A stretch of DNA of 64,000 nt from Hemiscyllium ocellatum. Taxonomy: Eukaryota. A program made the translations under genes and the position numbers. Below, one piece after another: positions 40,274-51,039 of the stretch (the stretch's first letter is position 1; each line of letters starts with the position of its first letter). The DNA lies in contig NC_083418.1 in NCBI RefSeq assembly GCF_020745735.1, forward strand, positions 6,173,374 through 6,237,373. The letters run 5' to 3'. Below the pieces are notes generated by a model. It did no database searches, had not been told where the DNA came from, and saw only the letters and a list, made by a program, of their open reading frames with translations.

Positions 40274-40344
40274 AGTATTTGATACAACGTGTCTCACAGT
40301 GATATAACTGGGGTGACACTGCAATTATGATCAATGCAAAAACC
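40274..40344 (+). other. D2 segment ATATAACTGGGGTGA (40302-40316) with 12-RSS on both sides
   Basis: AGTATTTGA-12-CACAGTG [D2] CACTGCA-12-GCAAAAACC. Confidence 0.9.
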
Positions 40345-40671
40345 TTTTCAGCCTCCATTGTTTGAAACTAGTCAGCGATTACTTCTACAAGCCGTCTTAA
40401 CTTGCAGTGCAGTATTAGTTCTGTGGGGTTTTATGCCAGTATCACTATTTAATTTGGAAAAGTGTTGGGTAATTATTGATACACCAGTTGGGAATTTTGA
40501 GAATCAGCCCATGTGTTACTCTGTGAAGTATAAAACAGTATTAAAATTTATCAAGAATTATCAGAATTCACTAGCACAATTATGTGATGAAGATTTATCG
40601 TGACTTTAGTTTGTCTGTGGTTCTGAACATTGAAAATGATGGTAGATTTTTGATTTGTTTTATGCAGAGCT

Positions 40672-40758
40672 AGTTATTGTCTGACACAGTCCTGAGAATG
40701 TAACACTGTGACTATCTTGATTACTGGGGCCAAGGGACCATGGTGACAGTGACTTCAG
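40672..40758 (+). other. IGHJ: JH segment YLDYWGQGTMVTVTS (40711-40758) with 23-RSS
   Basis: AGTTATTGT-23-CACTGTG, WGQGT motif, and phase-1 donor GTAAG at 40759. Confidence 0.96.
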
Positions 40759-41294
40759 GTAAGAACTTTGAACTTTCTTAGTGACTTTTTAAAAACTTTC
40801 TATTCACGTGACTAATTTCTGAATTAAATGAAACTCAGATTCTGTGCTGAGTTTGGTTTGGTTCGGATTGATTTTTGTTCAGACTGATTATAGACGTCAA
40901 TTAAGGTTCAACAAATAGTTAAAATGGTGATGATGGAGTCAGTTGCTCGGTGTATCTCTTTTTTTGATCAGATGGGCATTCTATGTGGCTGAGTTACTTG
41001 AAAACCTAATGTCTCTTAATCAGCCAGCTATAAATAATGTTTAATGTCAGTGACACACTTACTGTGAGTTTTATTATCAACAACAAACGCTAAGAATTCA
41101 AAGATGCTCAAGATATTACCAAACATGATTAAAACATGCTAAAATATCATTATTCATTTCTTGAAGATATGTTCTTACCATGATTATATTTTCTCATTTA
41201 TTTTGTTCATTTTGTTGATGACAAGCAGGTTAGAAACTGTCATAAATGTTTCTTGCGGTGCTATATTGCATTCTGTTGATTAGATTCGGAGTTT

Positions 41295-41565
41295 GTTTTA
41301 ATTGATTCTGTTGAATTGAGTTGATTGGATTTTGGCTTTGTTTTAGTTGATTCGATTGAACTGTGTTGATTGGATTCTGACTTTGTTTTTACATGGTTTT
41401 GTTGAATTGTGTTGATTGGTTTTTGAAATTTGTTTTATTTGATTCTGTTGAATTGAATTGGTTGGATTCTGAGATTATGTCTCATTCAAATCTGTTGTTT
41501 TGAGTTGATTGGATTTTGATTTTATTTTCCTTGATTCTGTTGAATTGGGTTGATTGGATTCTTAT
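41295..41565 (+). repeat. Degenerate T/G-rich minisatellite (~45-50 bp unit, core TTGATTCTGTTGAATTGAGTTGATTGGATT) in J-C intron
   Basis: Core copies at ~41302, 41347, 41395, 41439, 41490 and 41531. Confidence 0.75.
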
Positions 41566-43151
41566 TCAGTTTGTGAAATTGATCTGCGTTTTCATGTTTT
41601 CTGAATTGGTGTTTTCTTTCTATTGAAGAGATTGACTCTCTGGAATACTTTTCATTACCAATATTTGTGAAGTTATTTTGTTTTTCATGAATCATTTCTG
41701 CATTTGTTAACCTTATATGACACATTTTTCTCTGCTTGATTGAAAACATTTGTAACGGCCTGAAAAACAACTTAAGACAGAAACCCGAAAGTGTGAGAAA
41801 TGAAAAAACGAGTTTTTAATGCATTGACTTTTAAAAGAAACTCAGTTCTAATTGTAAACTAACTGAATTTTGTTTTGAGTAGCCTCATTCAAAATAAAAT
41901 TTGGGACTAAAATCTGAAACTGCAGAATTGATCAGATTACGTAATTGAAACTAACTTAAAATTATAATTTAGTAATATTTGTCCATTCATTAATTTTGTT
42001 TTGACCATGAAGTGATTAATCAATATATGCCTTCAACGGCTCTACTGTGCACTGCAAAAGATTGTTATGATCAGGAAGGGTGTGCAGGTTGGAAATAAAT
42101 TGAACTATTGCCAGAAACGTTACAGCTTTAAATGTTAAGTCCCTTCACAAACAAGGTTGCTGTTGTGACTTGTTATTTCTATTCAATTTAATCATTAGTT
42201 TGCTTGATTCTGAGCAAATTTGTTACACTTCAATTTGTTTTTTTGTGAGGTTACATCATGTCCTTGGTTCTGTTGAAAATGGTTGCAGAGCTAGTTCTGC
42301 TGCAAACACACCGTGTTGCGATCTGGTGATCGTTGATCTGTTGAGAAGGGACTGTGCTTGGGTAATATTAAATGTGTTATATTTGGGAAACCGTTTCTGG
42401 TTTCTACATTGTTTTTGCAATGTTACACGGTTGGTGACAGTGAAATGCTCTTTCCTCATACAATGCAATTAACATGCGAGTTGAAATTTCATAAAGCCTA
42501 TTATTAAGTGAAAGGCAAATCGCAAAGGTTTTAGAAATGAAGGGAAAACAGATACCTTCAGGCTCCATTTTTACTTAAAATAAATAATTAAGGATTAATC
42601 TAATTTTGCTTTACATTCCAAATTCAACTATCTAGTTCAATCACAAGGTCTGTCTTTAAACAGTTTACAAGTCATAGAGAAATATAAATAGAATTTCAAA
42701 AGTCTAATGTTCTAATAGTTCTTGCTCTTGAGCAAAAATGCCATGGCTGTGCTATAATTGATCAAGAAACACCTTTCAATTCCGCTGTACACTGCATGCA
42801 TATTTTTCTGACTGGAAAAGATCATTGGCAAAGACCATTTGGAAATTCTGCTCAATTCTACGAAGAACAGATCAGTTTCATTGCTTTGATTAGTTTCACC
42901 CTTAACTTGAGTTAATTAATTTTTATGTCCCTGATTAAACTGGATTTTCAGAATAAAATAAAACATTAACTGAATTATTTAATTTGCACAGTGCTTTAGG
43001 TGTTCCCAATCTGTGCATTTTAAATAAATAGTTACATTTTACAACAAAATATCAACTGAAGAGTTATTCTTCCGCAAATTATTGCTATAGTGAATTATGT
43101 GACCAAGGCCAAATTTCAAATTAATTAAAATAATCCACTCATGAACTCGCA

Positions 43152-43490
43152 GGGCAGCATGGTGGCTCAGTGATTAGCATTGCTGCCTCACAGCGCCAGG
43201 GTCCCAAATTTGATTCCACCCTCGGGTGATTGCCTGTGTGGAGTTTGCACATTCTCCCTGTGTCTGCATGGGTTTCCTTCGGGCGCTCTGGTTTCTTACC
43301 ACAGTCCAAAAGATGTGCAGGTCAGGTGATTGTGCAATTTAGCACAGCCATAGTGTTCAGGGATGTGCAGGTTAGGGTGCATTAGTCGGGGTGGGGTGGG
43401 GAATGGGTCTGTGTGGTCTACATATTGTTCAGAGGGTCAGTGTGGAATTATTGGTCCAAATAGCCTGTTTCCATACTGTAGGAACTCTAC
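43152..43490 (+). mobile_element. HE1-type SINE (older copy)
   Basis: GGCAGCATGGTGGCTCAGTGATTAGCATTGCTGCCTCACAGCGCCAGGG head plus SINE body. Confidence 0.8.
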
Positions 43491-43709
43491 TCTTAAAACC
43501 ATGGGAGTACTTGCTGCAAACGCAGAGAATTCATTTTACATCGATGTGTTCAGACGTATGCAGAGTTCACAAATTTGCAGAAGCCATGATCTAGAGGATA
43601 ATAGAGCACATTGTTTATTCAGACACTGAAAATAGAGTAATATTTGCTTAAATTAATATATTTGGCCAATTTATTGAAATGTAGCGATCGGAGTTAAGTG
43701 TGACAATCA

Positions 43710-43935
43710 TTTAGATTAGACTTCCTGCAATATGTATCGGGCCATTTGGCCCAACAAGTCCACACTGACCCTTTGAAGAGTAACCCACCCAGACCCATTC
43801 CCATACCCTATATTTACCCCTGACTAATGCACCTAACATTATAGACAATTCAGCATGACCAGTTCACCTGACATGCACATCTTTGGATTGTGGGAGCCGA
43901 GCCTGGGTACCTGGAGCTGTGAGGCAGCAGTACAA
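43710..43935 (-). mobile_element. HE1-type SINE fragment, reverse orientation
   Basis: GGCCATTTGGCCCAACAAGTCCACAC is the reverse complement of the SINE 3' body. TTAGATTAGA tail. Confidence 0.7.
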
Positions 43936-46632
43936 CATTTACTTAGACATCCATTAAAGCGGGCAACTCCAGACAGACGCATGTTTTCAATTCATACCTT
44001 TTTAAACATTTTAGTTCATTAAAAGCAGTTAACAAGAAAATAGTCTTGACCTAATTCATTCAACAGAAATGCTTTCCACACTGGAATGCAGTATTGCTTA
44101 TGCAGTGCATGCAAAATCTCCATAGTTCAAGGAACGTTTTAAGAATATGTAAAAATAATTTAGAGAATAATCCATTTCCTCCAGTTCCATGCTTTAATTG
44201 GCGATATTTCCCACCTCAATAATTTTGTTAAATGCAATGACTTATTAAGTTTATTAACTCAGGGGTTATTTATGTTCATTGTGAACACATTCTCGTTCAC
44301 ATGAATCCACTGGTTAGTTCTTCTGATGAATTTGACGTGAGGAGTTGAACAATGAATCCTCTCGGATTAAGTCTGTTGTACAGTTTGTTTCAGTGCTATC
44401 TCTGACTAACTTGTAAACGGTCCTGACCATTTGTAAATTGTTCAGTTCGGATATCTGAATCTCAGACAGTTCAATTTCATCTCGCGCTTCAAAACCACTT
44501 TTATCTGCCAGAAATACAATACTCGATTAGGTGCCTCAGAATTGAGAGCCCTGACTAAGTTGTTCCAATCAGAACGAACGTTTCAGGAACAAAAGGCAGA
44601 TAGCAAGAGTTTTGAAATTGGTTGTTGGCAACAAGAGATATTTGATTGAGTGAGGCAGAGAGAAATATGCTGCATATTTTCTTTGTGCCTCAATTGTGCA
44701 GGACATGTTTCGTGGCACAATGTAGAATCAGAATCTTTTTTGCATCTTATTATTTGAAAACCTATTATCAGCTTTTAATGTCACTGGCAACGGTCATATT
44801 ACACTTCAAAACATTTTAAACTTTTTCAAGCTAAGTAGACCGTCTGGTGCAGCAACATTCACAGGGGAAAGATGAAGGGAGTTGTAGATTGCAATACAGT
44901 GACAATGAATTGATGGCAATGCAATTCCTAGTTTTATTCCTCTGTAGTTCCCATAGAGTTTGAACAATTTGGAGCTGCTGTCAAAGTATTCTTGGATAAA
45001 TGTCGAAATGTTACTTTCATTGTACAAACATTCTGGAACAATCCCTGGTTGTTGAAAGGTGTTAATAACTAACATGGTTAATATACTGTCAAAACAGGTG
45101 GGCTATGTTCTCCGTGATAGTGTCGAGCTCATTGTGTTCAGGTATGTTGTGAAGTTGCTGTAGGGTCCCTGATTCTGTGCCAGGTGGTCTGTGTTCACTT
45201 ACAACCTGTTAGAGAGGTACGTAACACCATCTCTTATCAGGTTACTACAGTGCAAGAAAGCAGATTGAGATGTTTGGGTGTTTGTTGGAATTCCAATCAC
45301 AGAGAAATCTATTCATTCGCTGTCCTGACTTGTGTCTCTTAGATATTAAACAGATTTTTGGTGGTTAGTAGCTTTTTCCGGATCAATATTTGTTCACAAG
45401 CTTTTGGGCATCGCTAGATGGGGTCAATGGAGTAAGTGCTCAAAGAAATCCCAGCTTTTGTCTTGCTGTTCTAACAATATCATTTATAACTTAACTAGAA
45501 TGAATCATTTTCGAAGCATATTTGATGAGATCATGCTTAGGCTGTTTTACTATTAAACCAGTGCTGTAGCTGAATTTGATTGTTCAGTACTGTAGGAGTT
45601 CCGCTGAATCCAACACTTGCAGCAGATGGTGATAGCTTTTCAGTTGGTCTTCAATTGCTATCTCAGACCATCCAGTACCTCTGCTAAGAATTATTTTTCC
45701 AACAGGAGTCAAGCCAACGTAATCACTGTTTATCTGAACAGGTGTGAGCTCTTGTGCCAAAAACATGAAAACAATTTGGTGAAGAGGGGGCGTCTGGATG
45801 CAAAAGCTTAACCTTGCCTTCTCTCCACAGGAGCTGCTAGACATGCTGAGTTTCTTCAGAAATTTCTGTCTTTATTTTGGTTTTCTAGCATTTAAAGTTT
45901 GTTGTTTCATTGAAAAGAAGTTCTGTTCGATTAAGCATGTTCTTCAGAGAAAAGATGCATCTGATCAAATTGCGAAAGTTCAGAGATATTAAATATCAGA
46001 GAATCATTGAATTTGAGCGCCCTGATCTCGAGCTGTAGTTTCACAAGAAACTATTATGAAGTAACAACACACTCCAGAGTGCAGTGGCTGCTGTAATTGG
46101 GTGGAAGTTATTTTGATCACTCAAATAGAGAATGTCAGTGATCCCGTTCCAAATAATCAACAGAAGTTTTTTTTAAAGCATGTGTGAAACAATTAATTTG
46201 TTGAAATATTTTAATAGAAAGTATTCACGGCCAGTGCTAGCTTAATGAATGACACAATGATAGGAAGGTAGGAGCAAGAGGAGGGCACTCAGCTCCTCGA
46301 GCTGTTCCACCGATTACTTAGATCATGGTGCATTTGTGAGCTAAATCCAGAGGTCTCCCTTTGGCTAAAACTCCGTAACACCTTTGTTTAACAAGCAAAA
46401 TCTATCCCAGATTTACTGATTCGACTGCCCATAACAAAGGGAGACACCATTTCTGAAAGACATTCCTGTGAGTACTGTGACACAATGAGGCTGGAATTAA
46501 TTGCTCATGAAAGTAAACTTTAAATCTCTGACAATTTCCAATTGAAAAATCCCAATCATCATCTTTCATTAATTTAACACTATACTTCCCTGGAATAAAG
46601 AAATATAGCGTGTGATTGCCTTGCTAAAAACG

Positions 46633-46815
46633 AGGAGAAAGTGAGGACTGCAGGTGCTGGAGATCAGAGCTGAAAATGTGTTGCTGGAAAAGCGCAGCAG
46701 GTCAGGCAGGATCCAAGGAGCAGGAGAATCGACGTTTCGGGCATGGAACCCTTCTTCAGGAAGGGCTCCTTGAATGCTGCTTGACCTGCTGCGCTTTTCC
46801 AGCAACACATTTTCA
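46633..46815. mobile_element. Short hairpin repeat, same family as 24088-24310
   Basis: AAAATGTGTTGCTGGAAAAGCGCAGCAGGTCA...TGACCTGCTGCGCTTTTCCAGCAACACATTTT. Confidence 0.75.
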
Positions 46816-46914
46816 GAAGTTGCTAAAAATGAGGGAAGCTTCATTCCTATTATATGATTAAGAAATAGTTCTGTTCATTCAGTGAAAACACAGTCAAATC
46901 ACACAAAAGTAAAC

Positions 46915-47120
46915 TATGATTTGGAGATGCCAGTGTTGGACTGGGGTGTACAAAGTTAAAAATCGCACAACACCAGATTATAGTCCAATAGGTTTAATTG
47001 GAAGCACACTAGTTTTCGGAGCGACGCTCCTTTATCAGGTGATAGTGGAGCGTCACTCTGAAAGCTAGTTTTCTTCCAATTAAACCTGTTGGACTATAAC
47101 CTGGTGTTGTGTCATTTTTA
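46915..47120. mobile_element. Second hairpin repeat family (inverted arms)
   Basis: CACAACACCAGATTATAGTCCAATAGGTTTAATTGGAAG...CTTCCAATTAAACCTGTTGGACTATAACCTGGTGTTGTG. Confidence 0.75.
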
Positions 47121-48624
47121 AAAAAAACAAACCATGTCATCTTGTGTAGATACACAAGTGCCTCAAATAATTTTCAATTCTTCCAGTGGTTGTTTGAATC
47201 TCTAGACAGGTGTGGAAGTTTCAGACTTTTTATATCACCTTGAGAAACCAGTTGTCATCAGTCTATTTGAATTGCTGAAGTTTGTGTGGTATTAGCACAT
47301 TCACAGCGCTGTTAGGAAGCGAGTCCCATGGCTGTGATTGAGGAAGAGGAAACGGGCAGGGAAATAGTTGAGAGTCAAGTTGAAGTCTGATTTGGAGGAA
47401 AGCTTTCAATGCATGTGTGCCCTTATTCTCAAGCATCACAATTTTGGAACATGCTGCCGAAGGGACATGCCAGTATGCAAAATGGAAGCTGAAGAAGGCA
47501 TCTCGGCCTCTCTAGAAGGCTATTCCATTCATGGGATCATCATTAATCTTGCTGCTCATCAATCTTCCCAACACACTCATAATATTGAGCCTGATTGTTT
47601 ACTGTTCAACAAAAGAATGCTGAATTCGTTTGGAATTCTCCTCCACAGAAATTCATAGATTCAAGACTCATAGATTCTTGAAATCGTTGTCTCAGTACCT
47701 AGTGTGTTGAAGGTGTTTGGCACATGTACCTTCATTGGTCAGAGCACTGAGTGCAGGAGTTAGGGTTTCATGTTGTAACCGTCCAAAACATTGGAATGAA
47801 CTGCTAGAGGAAGTGGTAACTGCAGAGCTAGGTCCAACATTTAAAAGACATTTGAACAGCTACAGGAACTGGATAGGTTTGGATGGATATGGGCCAAAGT
47901 CAGGCAAGTGGAATTAGTTTAACTTGGGAACTCTGGTCAGCATGGATGAGCTGGACCAAAGGAACTGTTTCTGTGCTGTACGACTTTATCACTCACTGAC
48001 TTTATGGTGGAGTAGGCTCAAAGTTGGAATGTGGTGAGCAAATGAGGGGCTAGATTGGGCATGTGGGAGAGTTTGGGCTGGTAGGCTGGTTGGCTGGCTG
48101 CTGGGTAAGCTTGCGTGCAATCTGTCTGGCAAGGTGGCATCAAGGTAAATGGTAATGGTCACAGGATAATTTGGTCGAATTGTGCTTGGTAGGTCAGGGG
48201 TAGTTTGAGCTGAAATGCAGGAGGTCTGTCTTTGCCAGGCTGATTTATGGAGAGGTGGGCAGGATGCCAAGGTAGTTAGTGTAGAGGTGAGCAGAGTGCC
48301 AGGATGTTTCGGGGGTGGAAGGTCACAGTAATGAAGTGACAGGTGGACGTGTTGTCAAAATGCAAAGGTCGGAGTCTGGCAAAATGGTAGGTTGTAAAGC
48401 ACAGATGCAAAAGGAGCTAGGATGCAATGTGCACAGATTGTCTTGGGTAAGATGAGAGGTCAGTGATCAAGGGCTGAGGTCATGTCTTGGGTAGGGGGCT
48501 TTTGTCAGAGGTTGTGAAAATGATGGTGCCAGGTCCAGTCAGGGCCATATTCGCCATGGGCGAAGTGCAGGGTGGCAGGAGTGTAAATGACTGAAAGGAA
48601 TTGAGATCATATGTCCATCTGGAA

Positions 48625-49285
48625 TATAGAATATAGAACATTACAGTGCAGTACAGGCCCTTCAGCCCTCGATGTTGCGCTGACCTGTGGAACCAATCTG
48701 AAGCCTATCTATCCTACACAATTCCATTTTCATCCATATGTTTATCCAATGATCTGTTAAATGCCCTTAAAGTTGGTGAGTGTATTACTGTTGCAGGCAG
48801 TGCGTTCCATGTCCCAACTACTCTCTGAGTAAAGAAACAACATTTCACATCTGTCATCTATGTCCTCTCCTGCTAGCCAGCACTATTCAAGGAAAAAGAC
48901 TTTCACTGTCCACCCTCTGTTTATCTTTTAAGTCACCTCTCAACCTTCTTCTCTCAGACAAAAGCATCCTCAAGACCCTCATCCTTTCCTCATTAAACCT
49001 TCATGCCATACCAAACAACATCCTGGTAAACCTCCTCTGAACTCTTCCAAAGCTTCCACATTCTATCTATAATGTGGTGACCAGAACAGTACACAATACT
49101 CCAAGTGCAGCCACACCAGAGTTTTGTACAGCTGCAACCTAACCTCGTGTTTCTGAAACTCAGCCCCTCTATCGATGAAAGCCAGTACAAAGTATGCTTT
49201 CTTAACAACTCTATCAAACTGGCTGGCAACTTTTTGTGATCTATGTACATGGGCACCGAGATCTCTCTGCTCAGCTACACTACCA
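48625..49285 (-). mobile_element. CR1 LINE 3' fragment
   Basis: ATAGAATATAGAACATTACAGTGCAGTACAGGCCC tail matches the 34986 copy. Body resembles 35000-35640. Confidence 0.85.
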
Positions 49286-49744
49286 ACATGGATTGCCTTG
49301 GATGTGTTTTGTGTGATAGGGGTTGTGTGTTCCGGGCAGGGTAGGGTTTGTCAATGTGAGTGGAAATTTAGGTCTAGACAGAGTAAGTGCAGTAGTTAGT
49401 CTGAAAGATGAGGTTTGGTGGTGAACTGTGTATCAGTTTGATAGTTATTAAAGTTAAAGATTACTTGTTCATTTCTCAAATCATATTTACGTAAGTACTC
49501 AGCTGTAACACTCCAAAGTCTCTGAAATTTAATGGTCCTGCTTTTTTCAGAGGCCACCAGAATTCAGATAATTGTAAATTAGATGTTTCAACTTCCAGAC
49601 AATTGGCATGAGGTCAGTTGTGACAGCCATCCTCCCCGTCCCAGTGCTCAGCTCCTGTCTGTGCTGCTGCTGCTGACCTTCCTCCCAGAGAGAACATTCT
49701 GCCTTGCATTGATAAGTGAGGAAGGCTCACTGGACCTGATTTCC

Positions 49745-50320
49745 AAGTATGGGGATGGCAAACACGAGGGGACACAACTTTAAAGTGAAATAGGTATAAG
49801 ACGGATGTCAGAGGTAGTTTTTTTTACTCATTGAGTAGTAAGGGTATGGAATGCTTTGCCTGCAACGGTAGTAGATTCGCCAAGTTTAAAAACATTTTTC
49901 ATTGCACAGGCATATGGATGTACATGGAATAGTGCAGGTGGGATGGGCTTCAGATTAGTATGACAGGACAGCGCAACATCGAGGGCCGAAGGTACCTAGT
50001 GGGGCGGCATGCTGGTTCCATGGTTCGCGCTGCTACCTCACAGTGCTAGGGACTTGGGTTTCATTCCAGCCTCGGGTAACTGTCTGTGTGGAGTTGGCAC
50101 TTTCTCCCCATATCTGTGTGCATTTTCTCCCACAGTCCAATGATGTACTGGCTGGGGGAATTGCAAATGTTGTGTTCAGTGATTGGGAGGTTAGGTGCAT
50201 TAGTCAGGGTTAACTGTAGCATAATAGGGTAGGGGAATGTGTCTGGATGCGATTCTTTGAAGAGGGTGGGTGTGGACTTGTTGGGCCAAATGGCCTGTTT
50301 GCACACACTGTAGAATTTCG
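49745..50320 (+). mobile_element. CR1 3' end (~49745-49995) followed by HE1-type SINE (~50000-50320)
   Basis: GATGTCAGAGGTAG...GCGCAACATCGAGGGCCGAAGG, then a SINE head GGGCGGCATG...GCTGCTACCTCACAGTGC. Confidence 0.75.
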
Positions 50321-50663
50321 ATGAACCTGCATTTCCTTGGTTTGTATTTTGTGAAACTTCTCTGCTGTTCACAGCAAACCAGTGGAAGTGTCAGTTGGTG
50401 AGATCTTCAAACAGTTACTGGGATGGGATCAGGATGTTCTTCTTCCTAAATTATATGGCCATGGTCAAGGTCGAGGTCATGTTTCTAAAGAGGGAACCAA
50501 TGATCATTATCAGCAACTGGTAGGAAGCAAAAATAAACTCCAGTTATGCTGTAGACTTCAGCGGGAGCATACTGGCAAACGGTTACAGCTGAGGATACAT
50601 TTGAGTAACGGACACGGTCAAATTAACAGAAACTAACATGCTCAATTGGTCATTCTATTGTAG

Positions 50664-50957
50664 AGACACCATCTTCCCCCACACTTTATGGCCTGGTCTC
50701 CTCCTGTGAGGATTCTGCAATCTTTGGTTGTTTCGTGATGGACTATTCCCCTGACGTCACCAAGGTAACCTGGAAGAAAGATGGGGAGCTAATCATGACT
50801 GGATTGAAGATTTACCCATCAGTGAGAAACAAGAAGGGAACCTACACCCTGAGCAGCCAGTTAACCCTGCCCGGGTCAGCGGTAGATTGCCCCAGCAAAG
50901 TCTACTGTGAGGTTCAACACAGCGAGTCACACAAGAGCAAAAAAATGCCATTTCTAG
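50664..50957 (+). CDS. IGHM: Cmu1 exon, open frame: (E)[97 protein letters not shown]
   Basis: AG at 50662-50663 and GT at 50958. 294 nt, phase 1-1, with C1-set Cys/Trp/Cys. Part of a pseudogenised cluster. Confidence 0.94.
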
Positions 50958-51039
50958 GTACGTATTGTGGGAAATGAGATAAACAGAGCATCTGGGATCA
51001 ATATGAATAAGGCATAATTTATAACCATTTTCACAGAAT

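Noticed and set aside
47985-48600. G-rich purine-skewed stretch, possible additional retroelement
   Set aside because: I could not assign a motif or family from the sequence alone, so it is left unannotated.
40759-50663. Classical intronic enhancer octamer or AGCT-rich switch region
   Set aside because: I saw no perfect ATGCAAAT/ATTTGCAT and no tandem AGCT array by eye. A motif scan would be needed to exclude them fully.
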